Assembly (NCBI GenBank): GCA_963815095.1
Contig: CAWFFH010000003.1
Coordinates: 64,001-128,000, forward strand
Direction: 5' to 3'
Length of the DNA stretch: 64,000 bases
Source: Candidatus Bathyarchaeota archaeon
GTDB taxonomy: Archaea > Thermoproteota > Bathyarchaeia > Bathyarchaeales > Bathycorpusculaceae
The first letter of the stretch is position 1, and every line of letters begins with the position of its first letter. The position numbers and the translations under genes are program-made. Below are positions 20,839-30,068 of this stretch, piece by piece. The notes beneath the pieces are model-generated. The model worked only from the letters and a program-made list of their open reading frames with translations, made no database searches and was not told the DNA's origin.

Positions 20839-21140
20839 ATGACAAACGAAGAAACGGTATCTGAGTCCTTAATCAGCAGTGCGATTCGTGTTCTAATGAG
20901 GGTCGCTTTTGTCTTTGAGCCCTAGCGCCAACAGCTATCACGGCTTTGATGAATCAGCAATTGCACAGGTATAAGCAGGCAGGCATAATCGGGGAATACA
21001 AAGCCCATACCAAACGCTTAGGAAAGTACCACTACCGAATCGTAATGGATTTAGATTTGACTGGGATGCAGGCAGTTCATCTTTTGAGTAACTTGTTTCC
21101 TAAACAATTAAGCAGATTCGGGAGGTGGTTCCATGACTGA
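20839..21140 (+). CDS. Hypothetical protein, apparently frameshifted near 20917
   Basis: GAGG-ATG at 20839; adding one base near 20917 joins it to the 20946-21140 frame to give about 100 aa. Confidence 0.45.
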
Positions 21141-21285
21141 AATGCCAGAAAAGAAAGGAAAGTTGAAAGTAACAGTTGAACTCGAAGTTAACGAGGAATT
21201 GATGAGTGTAGTTAAAGACGCAATGTCTAAGGCTTCCACAAAGATTCCTGAAATGATGAGGAGAGGCGGAGAAAACAAACAATAA
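21133..21285 (+). CDS. Small hypothetical protein, 50 aa (MTEMPEKKGKLKVTVELEVNEELM...)
   Basis: Strong GGAGGTGG RBS, overlaps the upstream ORF end, followed by a T-rich tract; not in the ORF track. Confidence 0.65.
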   Translation: MTEMPEKKGKLKVTVELEVNEELMSVVKDAMSKASTKIPEMMRRGGENKQ

Positions 21286-21336
21286 AACATTCACCAAATT
21301 TTCTCTAATATTTTTTTTATTTTTTTAGAAAAACAG

Positions 21337-21576
21337 CTATGATTTGCTCGTTTTATTAAATATTTGTATTATCAATCCGTCGTGGATTCGTTCTGCTTCA
21401 ACTTCCGCTTCTTTTGAGTCTTCTATTTCTTGTATATGGGTCGCAATGTGGACTTCGATTGCTTCGCCCATAAGTTTGGCATCAGGAACTAACATAATCT
21501 TTTTTCCACAAGAGCATTTAATTACAGGCAGACCTTTCTTGCCGCCGATTTTTTTCTTAGAAACTTTACTTGGCAC
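21337..21576 (-). CDS. Small hypothetical protein with CxC...HxxxH possible Zn site
   Basis: IKCSCGKKI...EVHIATH; GAGG RBS. Confidence 0.6.
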   Translation of the reverse strand: MPSKVSKKKIGGKKGLPVIKCSCGKKIMLVPDAKLMGEAIEVHIATHIQEIEDSKEAEVEAERIHDGLIIQIFNKTSKS

Positions 21577-21736
21577 ATCTTTACCTCGACTTTTGATGCC
21601 CCACCCAACCGTTACTTGAATAAAAATTTATTTCCAAATCTCAAATATTGCGCGGGACAAACCACTAGCAAAAAAGATGTTGTTGATTAGAGAAAGACTT
21701 TATACCCTAAAACAGTCACTAATATTAAGGATAATT

Positions 21737-22048
21737 ATGAAGTTTTTAATAATACAAAAAATAAAGCGGGATGTTCCCATAGAAAAATGGGCAAAACTTC
21801 TTCCTCTGCAATTCATATATTTTGAAAACCTGGAAAAAGAAAAAACACTAGAAGTTTACTATCACCTAATTGGGCAACAAGGCAGTATGCTTGTAGTCAA
21901 TGTGGACTCAGACGAGAAACTCTCCAAAATCATCGGACAAGACCCCATGTTCTTCGATTCTGAACGCGAAATTTACCCCTTAACTACGCGACAAACACAC
22001 GAAAAACAAATTCGAGAACTCCTAAAGCCCGAGCCCGCAGGTTTTTAA
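21737..22048 (+). CDS. Muconolactone isomerase/DUF3303-like small protein
   Basis: MKFLII...GQQGSMLVVNVDS...DPMF...EIYPL. Confidence 0.55.
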   Translation: MKFLIIQKIKRDVPIEKWAKLLPLQFIYFENLEKEKTLEVYYHLIGQQGSMLVVNVDSDEKLSKIIGQDPMFFDSEREIYPLTTRQTHEKQIRELLKPEPAGF

Positions 22049-22050
22049 TT

Positions 22051-22605
22051 ATGGGTTGCCATGGCGGATTCAGCCTCGACGAAGCCACACGACGATCGTG
22101 GTACAATCCCCAAGCCATACTGAGTAACTTGCATTCAGGCATGGTGTTTATTGATATAGGCTGCGGGGATGGCTTCTTTAGCATTTTTGCCGCAAAAAAA
22201 ATAGGTGAAAAAGGCAAGGTCTTCGCTGTAGACATAGATACCCAATCAATTGAGAAATTGAAAAATAAAGCAGCTTCTGAAGGCTTGACAAACATTACCG
22301 CCAAAGCGGGCAGAGCTGAAGAGACTGTTTTTTGTAAGCAATGCGCCGACTTCGTTTTTTACAGCATGGATCTTCATGACTTCAACGACCCCTCAAAAGT
22401 TCTGCAAAACGCTAAACAAATGATAAAACCCAATGGGTGGCTAATTGATTTGGATTGGAAAAAAATGGATATGCCTTTCGGTCCACCTACCTCCATAAGG
22501 TTCAGCGAAGAAAAAGCCTCCGAGTTGATATGCTCGGCAGGTTTCACCGTAACAGAAACAAAGGATGCTGGACCGTATCATTACATTCTGACTGCAAAAC
22601 CCTGA
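22051..22605 (+). CDS. Class I SAM-dependent methyltransferase
   Basis: IDIGCGDG, AVDID, LHD, DW..GPP. Confidence 0.9.
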   Translation: MGCHGGFSLDEATRRSWYNPQAILSNLHSGMVFIDIGCGDGFFSIFAAKKIGEKGKVFAVDIDTQSIEKLKNKAASEGLTNITAKAGRAEETVFCKQCADFVFYSMDLHDFNDPSKVLQNAKQMIKPNGWLIDLDWKKMDMPFGPPTSIRFSEEKASELICSAGFTVTETKDAGPYHYILTAKP

Positions 22606-22612
22606 GAGAGGG

Positions 22613-23212
22613 TTATTCCGCATTTGCATAGAGTTCAAGCAAATCATGCTTAAAGCGTTCAGGTTCATCTTTGTAGGCTGAGTGGTTTGAACCGTCGTAG
22701 ATTATGAGTTTTGCATTGGGCAGTTTATCGGCTAGGGTTCGCATGTCTTCGCTTGTGACTATGTTATCTTGGGAGCCCCAAATTATTGTTGTTGAAAACT
22801 TGAATTGGCTGTATTTCTGCACGAGGTCTGGTTCAAGGGCTCTTGCAGGCGAAACTAACAGTAAACCCTTAACTGGAAAACATGCCGCATACCGCAACAC
22901 CATGTTGCCGCCTATACTGGCACCAACGAGTAAAGGAACGGTTGCACCAAAAACAGTTTTGACTGAATCATTTACATATGTAATGTTTTTTTCTGGATCG
23001 CGGGTTTTGGGTTGGCACTGACTCTTCAAGCCGTAAGGCATGTCTAAAGCTAGAAAAGGAATACGTTTTTTCATTAACAAATCTGTTACACCTATTCTCT
23101 GCCAAATGTCGGCGGTGTATGATAATCCGTGAAGAAAAACTATTGGAGTACCAGAAGAAGTGTAATACAAAGCCGGGCACTCGTAGCCCGCCACATTTAA
23201 TGTTTTCTCCAA
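22613..23212 (-). CDS. Alpha/beta hydrolase
   Basis: FLHG, GASIGG nucleophile elbow, WGSQD, NH. Confidence 0.88.
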   Translation of the reverse strand: MEKTLNVAGYECPALYYTSSGTPIVFLHGLSYTADIWQRIGVTDLLMKKRIPFLALDMPYGLKSQCQPKTRDPEKNITYVNDSVKTVFGATVPLLVGASIGGNMVLRYAACFPVKGLLLVSPARALEPDLVQKYSQFKFSTTIIWGSQDNIVTSEDMRTLADKLPNAKLIIYDGSNHSAYKDEPERFKHDLLELYANAE

Positions 23213-23316
23213 GCCAATCGCTCCATGATTTGCTATGCACACAGCCTCTTATAACATTTAATTCGGTTTGCGAAAAACATAATAGCCCTAAAAAGCCACT
23301 ATGTTACGGTGAATTT

Positions 23317-23793
23317 TTGACAGTTAAAGTCGGCGATAAAGCCCCAGATTTCACACTTCCATCCCAAATGGGCGACAACATCACTCTCTCAGAGTTTTTT
23401 GGCAAAAAGAATGTAGTATTATACTTTTATCCTAAAGATGAATCCCCAGGCTGCACAAAAGAAGCATGCACCTTCAGGGACAGCTATGAAGAACTAACAA
23501 ATTTGGGTGCTGAAGTACTTGGGATAAGTGGGCAGAGTGTAGAATCCCACAAATCCTTCGCCACACATTATGGGTTGCAGTTTATTCTTCTAAGCGACCA
23601 AGGCCACAAAGTCAGAGAACTTTATGATGTGCCTTCAACTATGGGATTAATTCCTGGACGTGTCACATTCATCATCGACAAGAAAGGGGTAGTTCGCCAT
23701 ATTTTCAATTCCCAAACCCAAGCCCAGCGACACGTAGAAGAAGCAAAAAATACTTTAAAACAACTAGAACAAGAAGAGAAAGCCACGGCTTAG
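23317..23793 (+). CDS. bcp: Peroxiredoxin (BCP/PrxQ)
   Basis: [15 protein letters not shown]; start likely TTG at 23317 after GGTGA. Confidence 0.93.
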   Translation: MTVKVGDKAPDFTLPSQMGDNITLSEFFGKKNVVLYFYPKDESPGCTKEACTFRDSYEELTNLGAEVLGISGQSVESHKSFATHYGLQFILLSDQGHKVRELYDVPSTMGLIPGRVTFIIDKKGVVRHIFNSQTQAQRHVEEAKNTLKQLEQEEKATA

Positions 23794-23807
23794 GAGGAGA
23801 AGCAACC

Positions 23808-25043
23808 TTGCTCAATATCTACAATACACTAACACGGAAAACTGAGCCGTTCAAACCTACAGATGACAAAGAGGTTAAGATGTACACTTGCGGCCCATCA
23901 ACATACCAACCAGCCCACATCGGCAACTACCGAACATTCCTCTTTGAAGACATTCTTCAACGCTACCTCGAATATTCAGGATTCAAAGTAACCCGGCTAA
24001 TGACGCTAACCGACGTAGAAGATAAAGCCATTTCACAAGCTAAAAAAGAAAAACTAACCGTTGAAGAGTTAACGCACAAGAACGAGACAGTTTTTTTTGG
24101 GGATTTTAAGCTTTTGAAAATCAAAAATCCCGAATACGCTGTTAGGGCTTCATCAGCGGTGGATCAAGCGGTAAACTTGATTTCGAAACTTGTGGAAAAA
24201 GGCACCGCATACTTTTACGCTTACAATTGTGCAAGAAACGTTTATTTTGACCCTTTAAAATTCGGGGGATTCGGTAAACTTGCCCGTTTAGACATGAGCA
24301 AGTGGCCCAAGAAGAAACGTCGCTTCCACAAAGACACATATCCGGGCACTCCGTGGAACCGCGGTGATTTCGTCCTTTGGCATGGTTGCAACCAAGACGA
24401 CGTATGCTTCGAAACGTCGATTGGAAAGGGGCGACCTGCGTGGAACATTCAGGATGCGGCTATAGTTACTAAGCATCTGGGCTTCTCTGTTGATGTTGGT
24501 TGCGGCGGAATCGACAATTTAGTTAGGCACCACGATTATACGCTAGCGGTTGCGGAGGCCGTTTCGGGTAAACAGTTCTCGCGCTATTGGTTGCATGGCG
24601 GGCATCTGTTTGTGGATGGCAAAAAAATGTCCAAAAGCAAGGGCAATGTGTATTACCCAACTGATTTGTTAGCAAAAGGCTTTAGTGGTGAGCAGTTGAG
24701 GTTCTTTCTTATTTATGGACCGTATAGGAAAAAGCTGAATTTCACATTCGAAAGGTTGGCTCAGAGAATCCAAAAGCTTGATTCATTGAAGGACATGGTT
24801 GCAGAGTTGCAAAATACGAAATCAAATGGACGAATTGAATTGCAAAAAAACTTAACCAGCATCATCGTTTCTGATTTTGAAAATCACATGAATAATGATT
24901 TAGACGTAATATCTGCCTTCGACAGCCTATACAGAACAATCAGTCAACTTTACGAAATGCGGCAATCTTTGAGTTCAATTGACATAAAAAATGTGTTGAA
25001 TGGCTTACGCAAAGTTGACAGCGTGCTACAATGTATTTTTTAA
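23808..25043 (+). CDS. Cysteinyl-tRNA synthetase paralog (class I ligase, altered Zn site, short C-terminus)
   Basis: YTCGPS, HIGN, KMSKS present; WHIEC is replaced by WNIQD and HHENE by HHDYT; 411 aa. Confidence 0.85.
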   Translation: MLNIYNTLTRKTEPFKPTDDKEVKMYTCGPSTYQPAHIGNYRTFLFEDILQRYLEYSGFKVTRLMTLTDVEDKAISQAKKEKLTVEELTHKNETVFFGDFKLLKIKNPEYAVRASSAVDQAVNLISKLVEKGTAYFYAYNCARNVYFDPLKFGGFGKLARLDMSKWPKKKRRFHKDTYPGTPWNRGDFVLWHGCNQDDVCFETSIGKGRPAWNIQDAAIVTKHLGFSVDVGCGGIDNLVRHHDYTLAVAEAVSGKQFSRYWLHGGHLFVDGKKMSKSKGNVYYPTDLLAKGFSGEQLRFFLIYGPYRKKLNFTFERLAQRIQKLDSLKDMVAELQNTKSNGRIELQKNLTSIIVSDFENHMNNDLDVISAFDSLYRTISQLYEMRQSLSSIDIKNVLNGLRKVDSVLQCIF

Positions 25044-25279
25044 ACGAGTTCGCCTATAAGCTTAACTCTAGCGAACGTTTCATCGCGATGCGGCGCCATT
25101 TCAAGTTCTTCAGTTAAATCTTTGCCTGCATCATGCATACCCATGTGGTCGCCTTCCATCCAGAAACTGCTATCTGTAACTTCGTAGACTTTGCCTTTAT
25201 GTGCAATGTAAGCTGGTTTACCGTTTTTTCCATTGTTTTCCTGTAGTTCTTGACGTGTAACTTTTTTTGGTTCTGACAA
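25040..25279 (-). CDS. Cytochrome b5-like heme/steroid-binding protein
   Basis: AYIA..GKVYEVT..W..GDH..HDAGKDLT...APH. Confidence 0.88.
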   Translation of the reverse strand: MSEPKKVTRQELQENNGKNGKPAYIAHKGKVYEVTDSSFWMEGDHMGMHDAGKDLTEELEMAPHRDETFARVKLIGELV

Positions 25280-25347
25280 AAAATTCACCTTTTCTTTAAG
25301 GTCTAAAAGTTTAAGGATAGTTTTAAAGGTTTAGGGATTAAAATAAA

Positions 25348-26418
25348 CTAATTTCTTAAGCTGGGACCAGTTGACGACGCATAGATTGCGTTTATGTTGA
25401 TGCTGCCAAGGTTTGTTCGGCAGTTTATTGCGATGTTGCTGGCTGCTGGGTAATTGTCAGATTGTATAGGTGATTGGTTGCCTGAAAAATGGTGTACATT
25501 CGTATGTATGCTTCCTAAGTTGGTTTGTGAAACGATTTTGGCTCCAACAGCACCATCGAGTTTCAAACCAACGGTGATGGAGCCCAAATCTGTGACAGAG
25601 GTTATCTGAAGATTTCCTTGAAGCGTCTTGGTTTGAGTTATGTCCATGTTTATGGAGCCAGCGTTTGAACGCAAATCAATCGTCTGTTTGCCTAAAACAT
25701 TCGCTTGGCTGGACCCAAAGTACACTGTTCCAGCTTGAGTTTGGAAGGTAAGGTTGCCTGAGATTGTAGCGTTTTGCAGGGTTGCTTCAACATTTCCGGC
25801 ATTCGCATTAAGGTTCAATGATTGAAAAGTTGCAGGTGTCTGAGAGGTTAAGGTGATTTTTCCTGCTTGAGTAGTGACGTTAAGGTTTAGGTTTAAGGCG
25901 GGGTTAACATAGACGGTGCAGATTACGTTGCGTTTGGTAATGAAAGGTGCATTTGTGTCGGTTACTTTTGTGTTGACTGTTAACACGTTGTTTTCTGTTT
26001 CGTTAGAAAAAGTTACAGTTACGAGGTTGGTTGAGCCGAAGATGCTTCTGGATCCTGTTGCTGATGTGGTGATCAAGATGTTTTGGCCATTTACATTTTG
26101 GGTTATGATGTTGACTTGGGCTGAATCAGCTTGTAAATTCAAGTTTAACGTGTCAACGTTGGGGTGGCTATCTTGATTGGTTTGATTAAAATTCAACGTT
26201 GATGCAGGAGCAAAAATTATGGCACTCACAATAATTGCTGCTACCAATAGAACGATTAATGAGATTGCGGCTATCACAAATGGCTCTTTTCTTATTGGTT
26301 TAACAGGTTTTGTTGGAGGTACAGGAACAGGAGCAAAAACCGCGACTGGCGTTCCGCATTTATGGCAGAAATGTGCATCCTCGTCAAGTTTAGTTCCGCA
26401 TCTTCGACAATAAGGCAC
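25348..26418 (-). CDS. Zinc-ribbon, single-TM protein with a beta-helical adhesin-like (DUF4097-type) ectodomain
   Basis: YCRRCG...FCHKCG, TM helix, repeated T/N-xx-G-S/N-I/V turns. Confidence 0.75.
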   Translation of the reverse strand: MPYCRRCGTKLDEDAHFCHKCGTPVAVFAPVPVPPTKPVKPIRKEPFVIAAISLIVLLVAAIIVSAIIFAPASTLNFNQTNQDSHPNVDTLNLNLQADSAQVNIITQNVNGQNILITTSATGSRSIFGSTNLVTVTFSNETENNVLTVNTKVTDTNAPFITKRNVICTVYVNPALNLNLNVTTQAGKITLTSQTPATFQSLNLNANAGNVEATLQNATISGNLTFQTQAGTVYFGSSQANVLGKQTIDLRSNAGSINMDITQTKTLQGNLQITSVTDLGSITVGLKLDGAVGAKIVSQTNLGSIHTNVHHFSGNQSPIQSDNYPAASNIAINCRTNLGSININAIYASSTGPSLRN

Positions 26419-26617
26419 CGTGAATCCTCAGTTAGAGGGTATTACGCCTTGGAAATTTAAGGCTTGCCAAAACAATTTTCGATTTATGATAACTCGGCAA
26501 TAGCAACTTATCTATCTATAATTTGTGCATAGAACCGATATTGGATCTAAAAATAGTCAGGTTAATGCGAATACTTTTTGTTTGCCCCTTGTGCATCTAA
26601 TAGTCAGTGACTATTTG

Positions 26618-27490
26618 GTGCCATTGATTTCAAGCTTTGATCCTTGGCGTTCAGGCCTCTGCACATGCCCTCCTAAGCTGACGTTTAACCCTTACACGGG
26701 ATGCAACCACCAATGCATCTACTGTTACGCATCCAGTTACATACCCAACTTCAAAAACTGCCACCCAAAAAAAGACGCACTCGCTACGCTCAAACGCGAA
26801 GCAGCCAAACTTAAAGGAGAAATCATCTCAATCGCCAACTCATCTGACCCTTACCCTCGTATCGAAGCTACTGAAGGGTTGACCCGACGATGTCTCGAAA
26901 TCTTGGCGGAAAACAACTGCAAAATCCAAATCATCACCAAAAGCAACCTCGTAACCCGAGACGACGACCTCCTCAACAAGATTCCCTCAATGGTCGCATT
27001 AACAATAACCACTGATGACGATAATTTGGCAAGAGTTATTGAGCCATATGCGCCATCGCCTTCCCAGCGTATAAGAGCTGCACAGGACTTAATCAGGGCA
27101 GGCATCCCAGTTTCGGTTCGAATAGACCCGATAATTCCCTCAGTTAATGACCAGCCGCAAAAACTCATCGTAACCCTCGCCAACATCGGCATCAGACACT
27201 TGACCTGCTCAACTTACAAGGCTAAAGCCGACAATTGGATGCGACTCTCGCAAGCAATGCCCAAGGTAGCTGAACAGCTTAAACCGCTCTACTTTGTTCA
27301 GGGAGAAAAAATCAGCGGCAGCGCACTTCTGCCAAAAGAGCTAAGATTCAAAATCCTCAAACATATCCGAGATTTAGCTGAAGCCAACGGAATGAAGTTT
27401 GGGATATGCCGCGAAGGCTTAGCCCAACTAAACACTGCAACATGCGACGGCTCATGGCTCATACCCAAACCTAAAGGAGGTTTAGGCTGA
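26618..27490 (+). CDS. Radical SAM protein, spore photoproduct lyase-like
   Basis: NPYTGCNHQCIYCYA, SSDPYP, TKS, RIDPIIP; overlaps the dinB start. Confidence 0.85.
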   Translation: MPLISSFDPWRSGLCTCPPKLTFNPYTGCNHQCIYCYASSYIPNFKNCHPKKDALATLKREAAKLKGEIISIANSSDPYPRIEATEGLTRRCLEILAENNCKIQIITKSNLVTRDDDLLNKIPSMVALTITTDDDNLARVIEPYAPSPSQRIRAAQDLIRAGIPVSVRIDPIIPSVNDQPQKLIVTLANIGIRHLTCSTYKAKADNWMRLSQAMPKVAEQLKPLYFVQGEKISGSALLPKELRFKILKHIRDLAEANGMKFGICREGLAQLNTATCDGSWLIPKPKGGLG

Positions 27491-28590
27491 TGCAGAACCG
27501 AGTAATAATGCTAGCAGACTTTGACTACTTCTTTGCCCAATGCGAGGAACTCCGCAACCCATCCATAAAAGAAAAACCAGTCGTTGTCGGCGTTTATTCG
27601 GGACGCACTGAGGAGAGCGGAGCCGTCAGCACAAGCAACTACATCGCTCGCAAATACGGCGTCAAATCAGGTATGCCGCTTTTTCTGGCGAAGCGCAAAC
27701 TGGAAGGCACAGAAGTCGTTTTCTTTAAAGTAGACCATGAATACTACGATCAAATCAGTGACCGCATTATGCAGATTTTCCGCGGCTACGCCAGTAACCT
27801 TGAACAAGTCAGCGTTGATGAGGCTTATTTGGATGTTACCGAGCAAGTTGAAGGAAGCTTTGAAAAGGCAAAGGATTATGCCCAGAAAATCAAAGGTGAT
27901 GTCAAAAACCAAGTCGGAATCTCCTTCACAATAGGCATTGGACCAAACAAGCTCATTGCAAAAATTGCGTGTGACAGCCAAAAACCCGATGGCTTAACTA
28001 CCGTCAAACCCGAAGAAGCGCGAGCTTTCCTTGAACCGTTGGATGTTGACCGCCTTTTAGGGGTGGGCAAGAAAACCTCCACCAGGATGGCGGAGTTGGG
28101 CATAAAAACTATAGGAGACTTAGCCAAATATGACTGCCAAAGACTCATAGAAATTTTCGGCAAAGTCTTAGGCATCTATTTCCACAACTCCGCGAACGCA
28201 GTTGACAATGAACCCGTCCAAGAACAGGGCGAAGCAGAATCAATCAGCCGCATCGGCACCCTAAAACAAGACACACATGACCTAGAATTCATCCTGCAAA
28301 AAACAGACGAACTAACCGAATACGTTGCAAAAGAGGCCGCTGAGAAAAGCTTGAGCTTCAAACTGGTATCGATATACGTTGTTAATGTGGATCTAAGCTG
28401 TAAAAGCCGCTCAATAACGCTTGAGCAACCCGCCAAAGACAAAGAAACAATTAAACGTAATGTCCGCATCCTCTTCGAGAAGTTCTTGGCTGACTCACCG
28501 CTTGAAGTGCGCAGAGTCGGCGTTAGAGTCGCTAGTTTTAGCAAAGAAGAACTAAGACAAAAACAGCTAACAAGTTTTTTCCAAACCTAA
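27490..28590 (+). CDS. dinB: DNA polymerase IV (Y family, DinB/Dbh)
   Basis: DFDYFFAQCE, YIARKYGV, SVDEAYLD, KPDG; C-terminal PIP box QLTSFF. Confidence 0.96.
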   Translation: MQNRVIMLADFDYFFAQCEELRNPSIKEKPVVVGVYSGRTEESGAVSTSNYIARKYGVKSGMPLFLAKRKLEGTEVVFFKVDHEYYDQISDRIMQIFRGYASNLEQVSVDEAYLDVTEQVEGSFEKAKDYAQKIKGDVKNQVGISFTIGIGPNKLIAKIACDSQKPDGLTTVKPEEARAFLEPLDVDRLLGVGKKTSTRMAELGIKTIGDLAKYDCQRLIEIFGKVLGIYFHNSANAVDNEPVQEQGEAESISRIGTLKQDTHDLEFILQKTDELTEYVAKEAAEKSLSFKLVSIYVVNVDLSCKSRSITLEQPAKDKETIKRNVRILFEKFLADSPLEVRRVGVRVASFSKEELRQKQLTSFFQT

Positions 28591-28633
28591 GGATAAAGGA
28601 AACTTTTTCTTCCTCCAATACTCTCAGTAATTA

Positions 28634-29230
28634 GTGATGATTTTGTCTTCGAACAAACAAAGGTTGCCGCCTGAGCAACAGGCTACAGACAGAATTTTGC
28701 GTTGGGGCACTGACCACCCAGGAATAACCTCAACCAACCCGCAGCTTAAGCTTGAAGCTTACACGTTAACCGTTACCGGCGAAATCGAAAATCCAACAAA
28801 ACTCAGCTGGAGGGATTTTATGGAACTACCTAAAACGGTTTCTGTTAGTGATTTTCATTGTGTCGAGGGCTGGAGTGTGTTGGATTGTAAGTGGGAGGGC
28901 GTAAAAATAAAAGATATTGAAAAAATTGTCAAACCCAAAGAGGTGGCACGTGCAGTTACTTTTGATTGTGCAGACAACTACACGACGTCGCTTTTTAGAG
29001 AGGAGCTTGCTGATGACGATGTACTGTTAGCCTACAAACTTAATGGTGAGGCGCTGGACGAAGGGCTGGGTTTTCCTGTGCGTCTTATCGTGCCGAAAAA
29101 ATATGCATATAAGAGCGCTTTGTGGGTTGTAGGTTTGCAGTTTACTCGGACTAAGGAGCTAGGATTTTGGGAGCGACGAGGGTATAGTGACAGCGCGGAT
29201 GTTTGGAAAAACGATCGTTACAGGCGTTAA
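28634..29230 (+). CDS. Sulfite oxidase-family molybdopterin-dependent oxidoreductase
   Basis: DFHCVEGWS, WEGV, GFPVRL, KSA, GFWE..GY. Confidence 0.9.
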   Translation: MMILSSNKQRLPPEQQATDRILRWGTDHPGITSTNPQLKLEAYTLTVTGEIENPTKLSWRDFMELPKTVSVSDFHCVEGWSVLDCKWEGVKIKDIEKIVKPKEVARAVTFDCADNYTTSLFREELADDDVLLAYKLNGEALDEGLGFPVRLIVPKKYAYKSALWVVGLQFTRTKELGFWERRGYSDSADVWKNDRYRR

Positions 29231-29380
29231 CTTGAGAGATCTGTTTTGATTTAATCAACCGCTGGATCTTTTTATTTGATATAATAATTATATAGTCTCT
29301 ATTGGACAGTTTTAAAAGCATGGCAACATTTATAAGCATAATCTAATAATTCAGTTGGCTCTTTAAGAGGTTGAAAAAAT

Positions 29381-29530
29381 ATGCCAAAGAAAAGTGAAGT
29401 AAGGAACTGCTCAAAAAGCCAAGTAACCGTTGAAACCACGGTTAGCGTAGCTGACATCAGCAGTTCGAACGTGCCTTCACAGAAGCAAAAAGAAGACGCT
29501 AAACAAATTCTATACTTCAACAGAATATAA
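29381..29530 (+). CDS. Small hypothetical protein, 49 aa (MPKKSEVRNC...ILYFNRI)
   Basis: TTTATAA box near 29329 and GAGGT RBS; fills an intergenic gap. Confidence 0.5.
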   Translation: MPKKSEVRNCSKSQVTVETTVSVADISSSNVPSQKQKEDAKQILYFNRI

Positions 29531-29618
29531 ATTCCCAAAAGTTTCCTAAAAGAACACTTTTGCAAAGTTTAATTCTTTTATATTTGACACTCTCCGTTTT
29601 AGTCCAGAGGCTAAACCC

Positions 29619-30065
29619 TTGAATTACACCGAAGCAAACATAGGAAGAATTTTCATACTAAGACTCCAACCAAACGAAACCCTTCATGTGGAAATAGAAA
29701 AATTCGCAGCTGAAAAACAAATCCAAAGCGCCATCTGCTTCTTTCTCGGAGGCGCTCAAGATAAAAGCAAAGTCGTTGTGGGCCCCAAAGACGGTGAGGC
29801 AGTCACTATTGAGCCAATGGTTACGCTTTTGAAGGGTGTGCATGAGGGCTATGGTGTAGGCACAATCTTCACTGATGAAGCGGGAGTGCCAAAGTTGCAT
29901 ATGCATGCGAGTTTTGGAAGAAACGACAACACAGTTTCGGGTTGCGTGAGGGTAGGCGTGAATATTTGGTTAATAGGCGAAGTGGTTATTCTCGAATTAG
30001 CTGGGAATTCCGCTAAACGATTAAAGGATAAAGCAACTGGTTTTGAATTACTCGAAACAAAATAG
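29619..30065 (+). CDS. PPC/DUF296 domain protein
   Basis: GRIFILRL, GTIF, LHMHASFG. Confidence 0.85.
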   Translation: MNYTEANIGRIFILRLQPNETLHVEIEKFAAEKQIQSAICFFLGGAQDKSKVVVGPKDGEAVTIEPMVTLLKGVHEGYGVGTIFTDEAGVPKLHMHASFGRNDNTVSGCVRVGVNIWLIGEVVILELAGNSAKRLKDKATGFELLETK

Positions 30066-30068
30066 TCC

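Noticed and set aside
20923-20925. Pyrrolysine read-through of TAG
   Set aside because: The frame hits TGA seven codons later, and a one-base frameshift explains the locus better.
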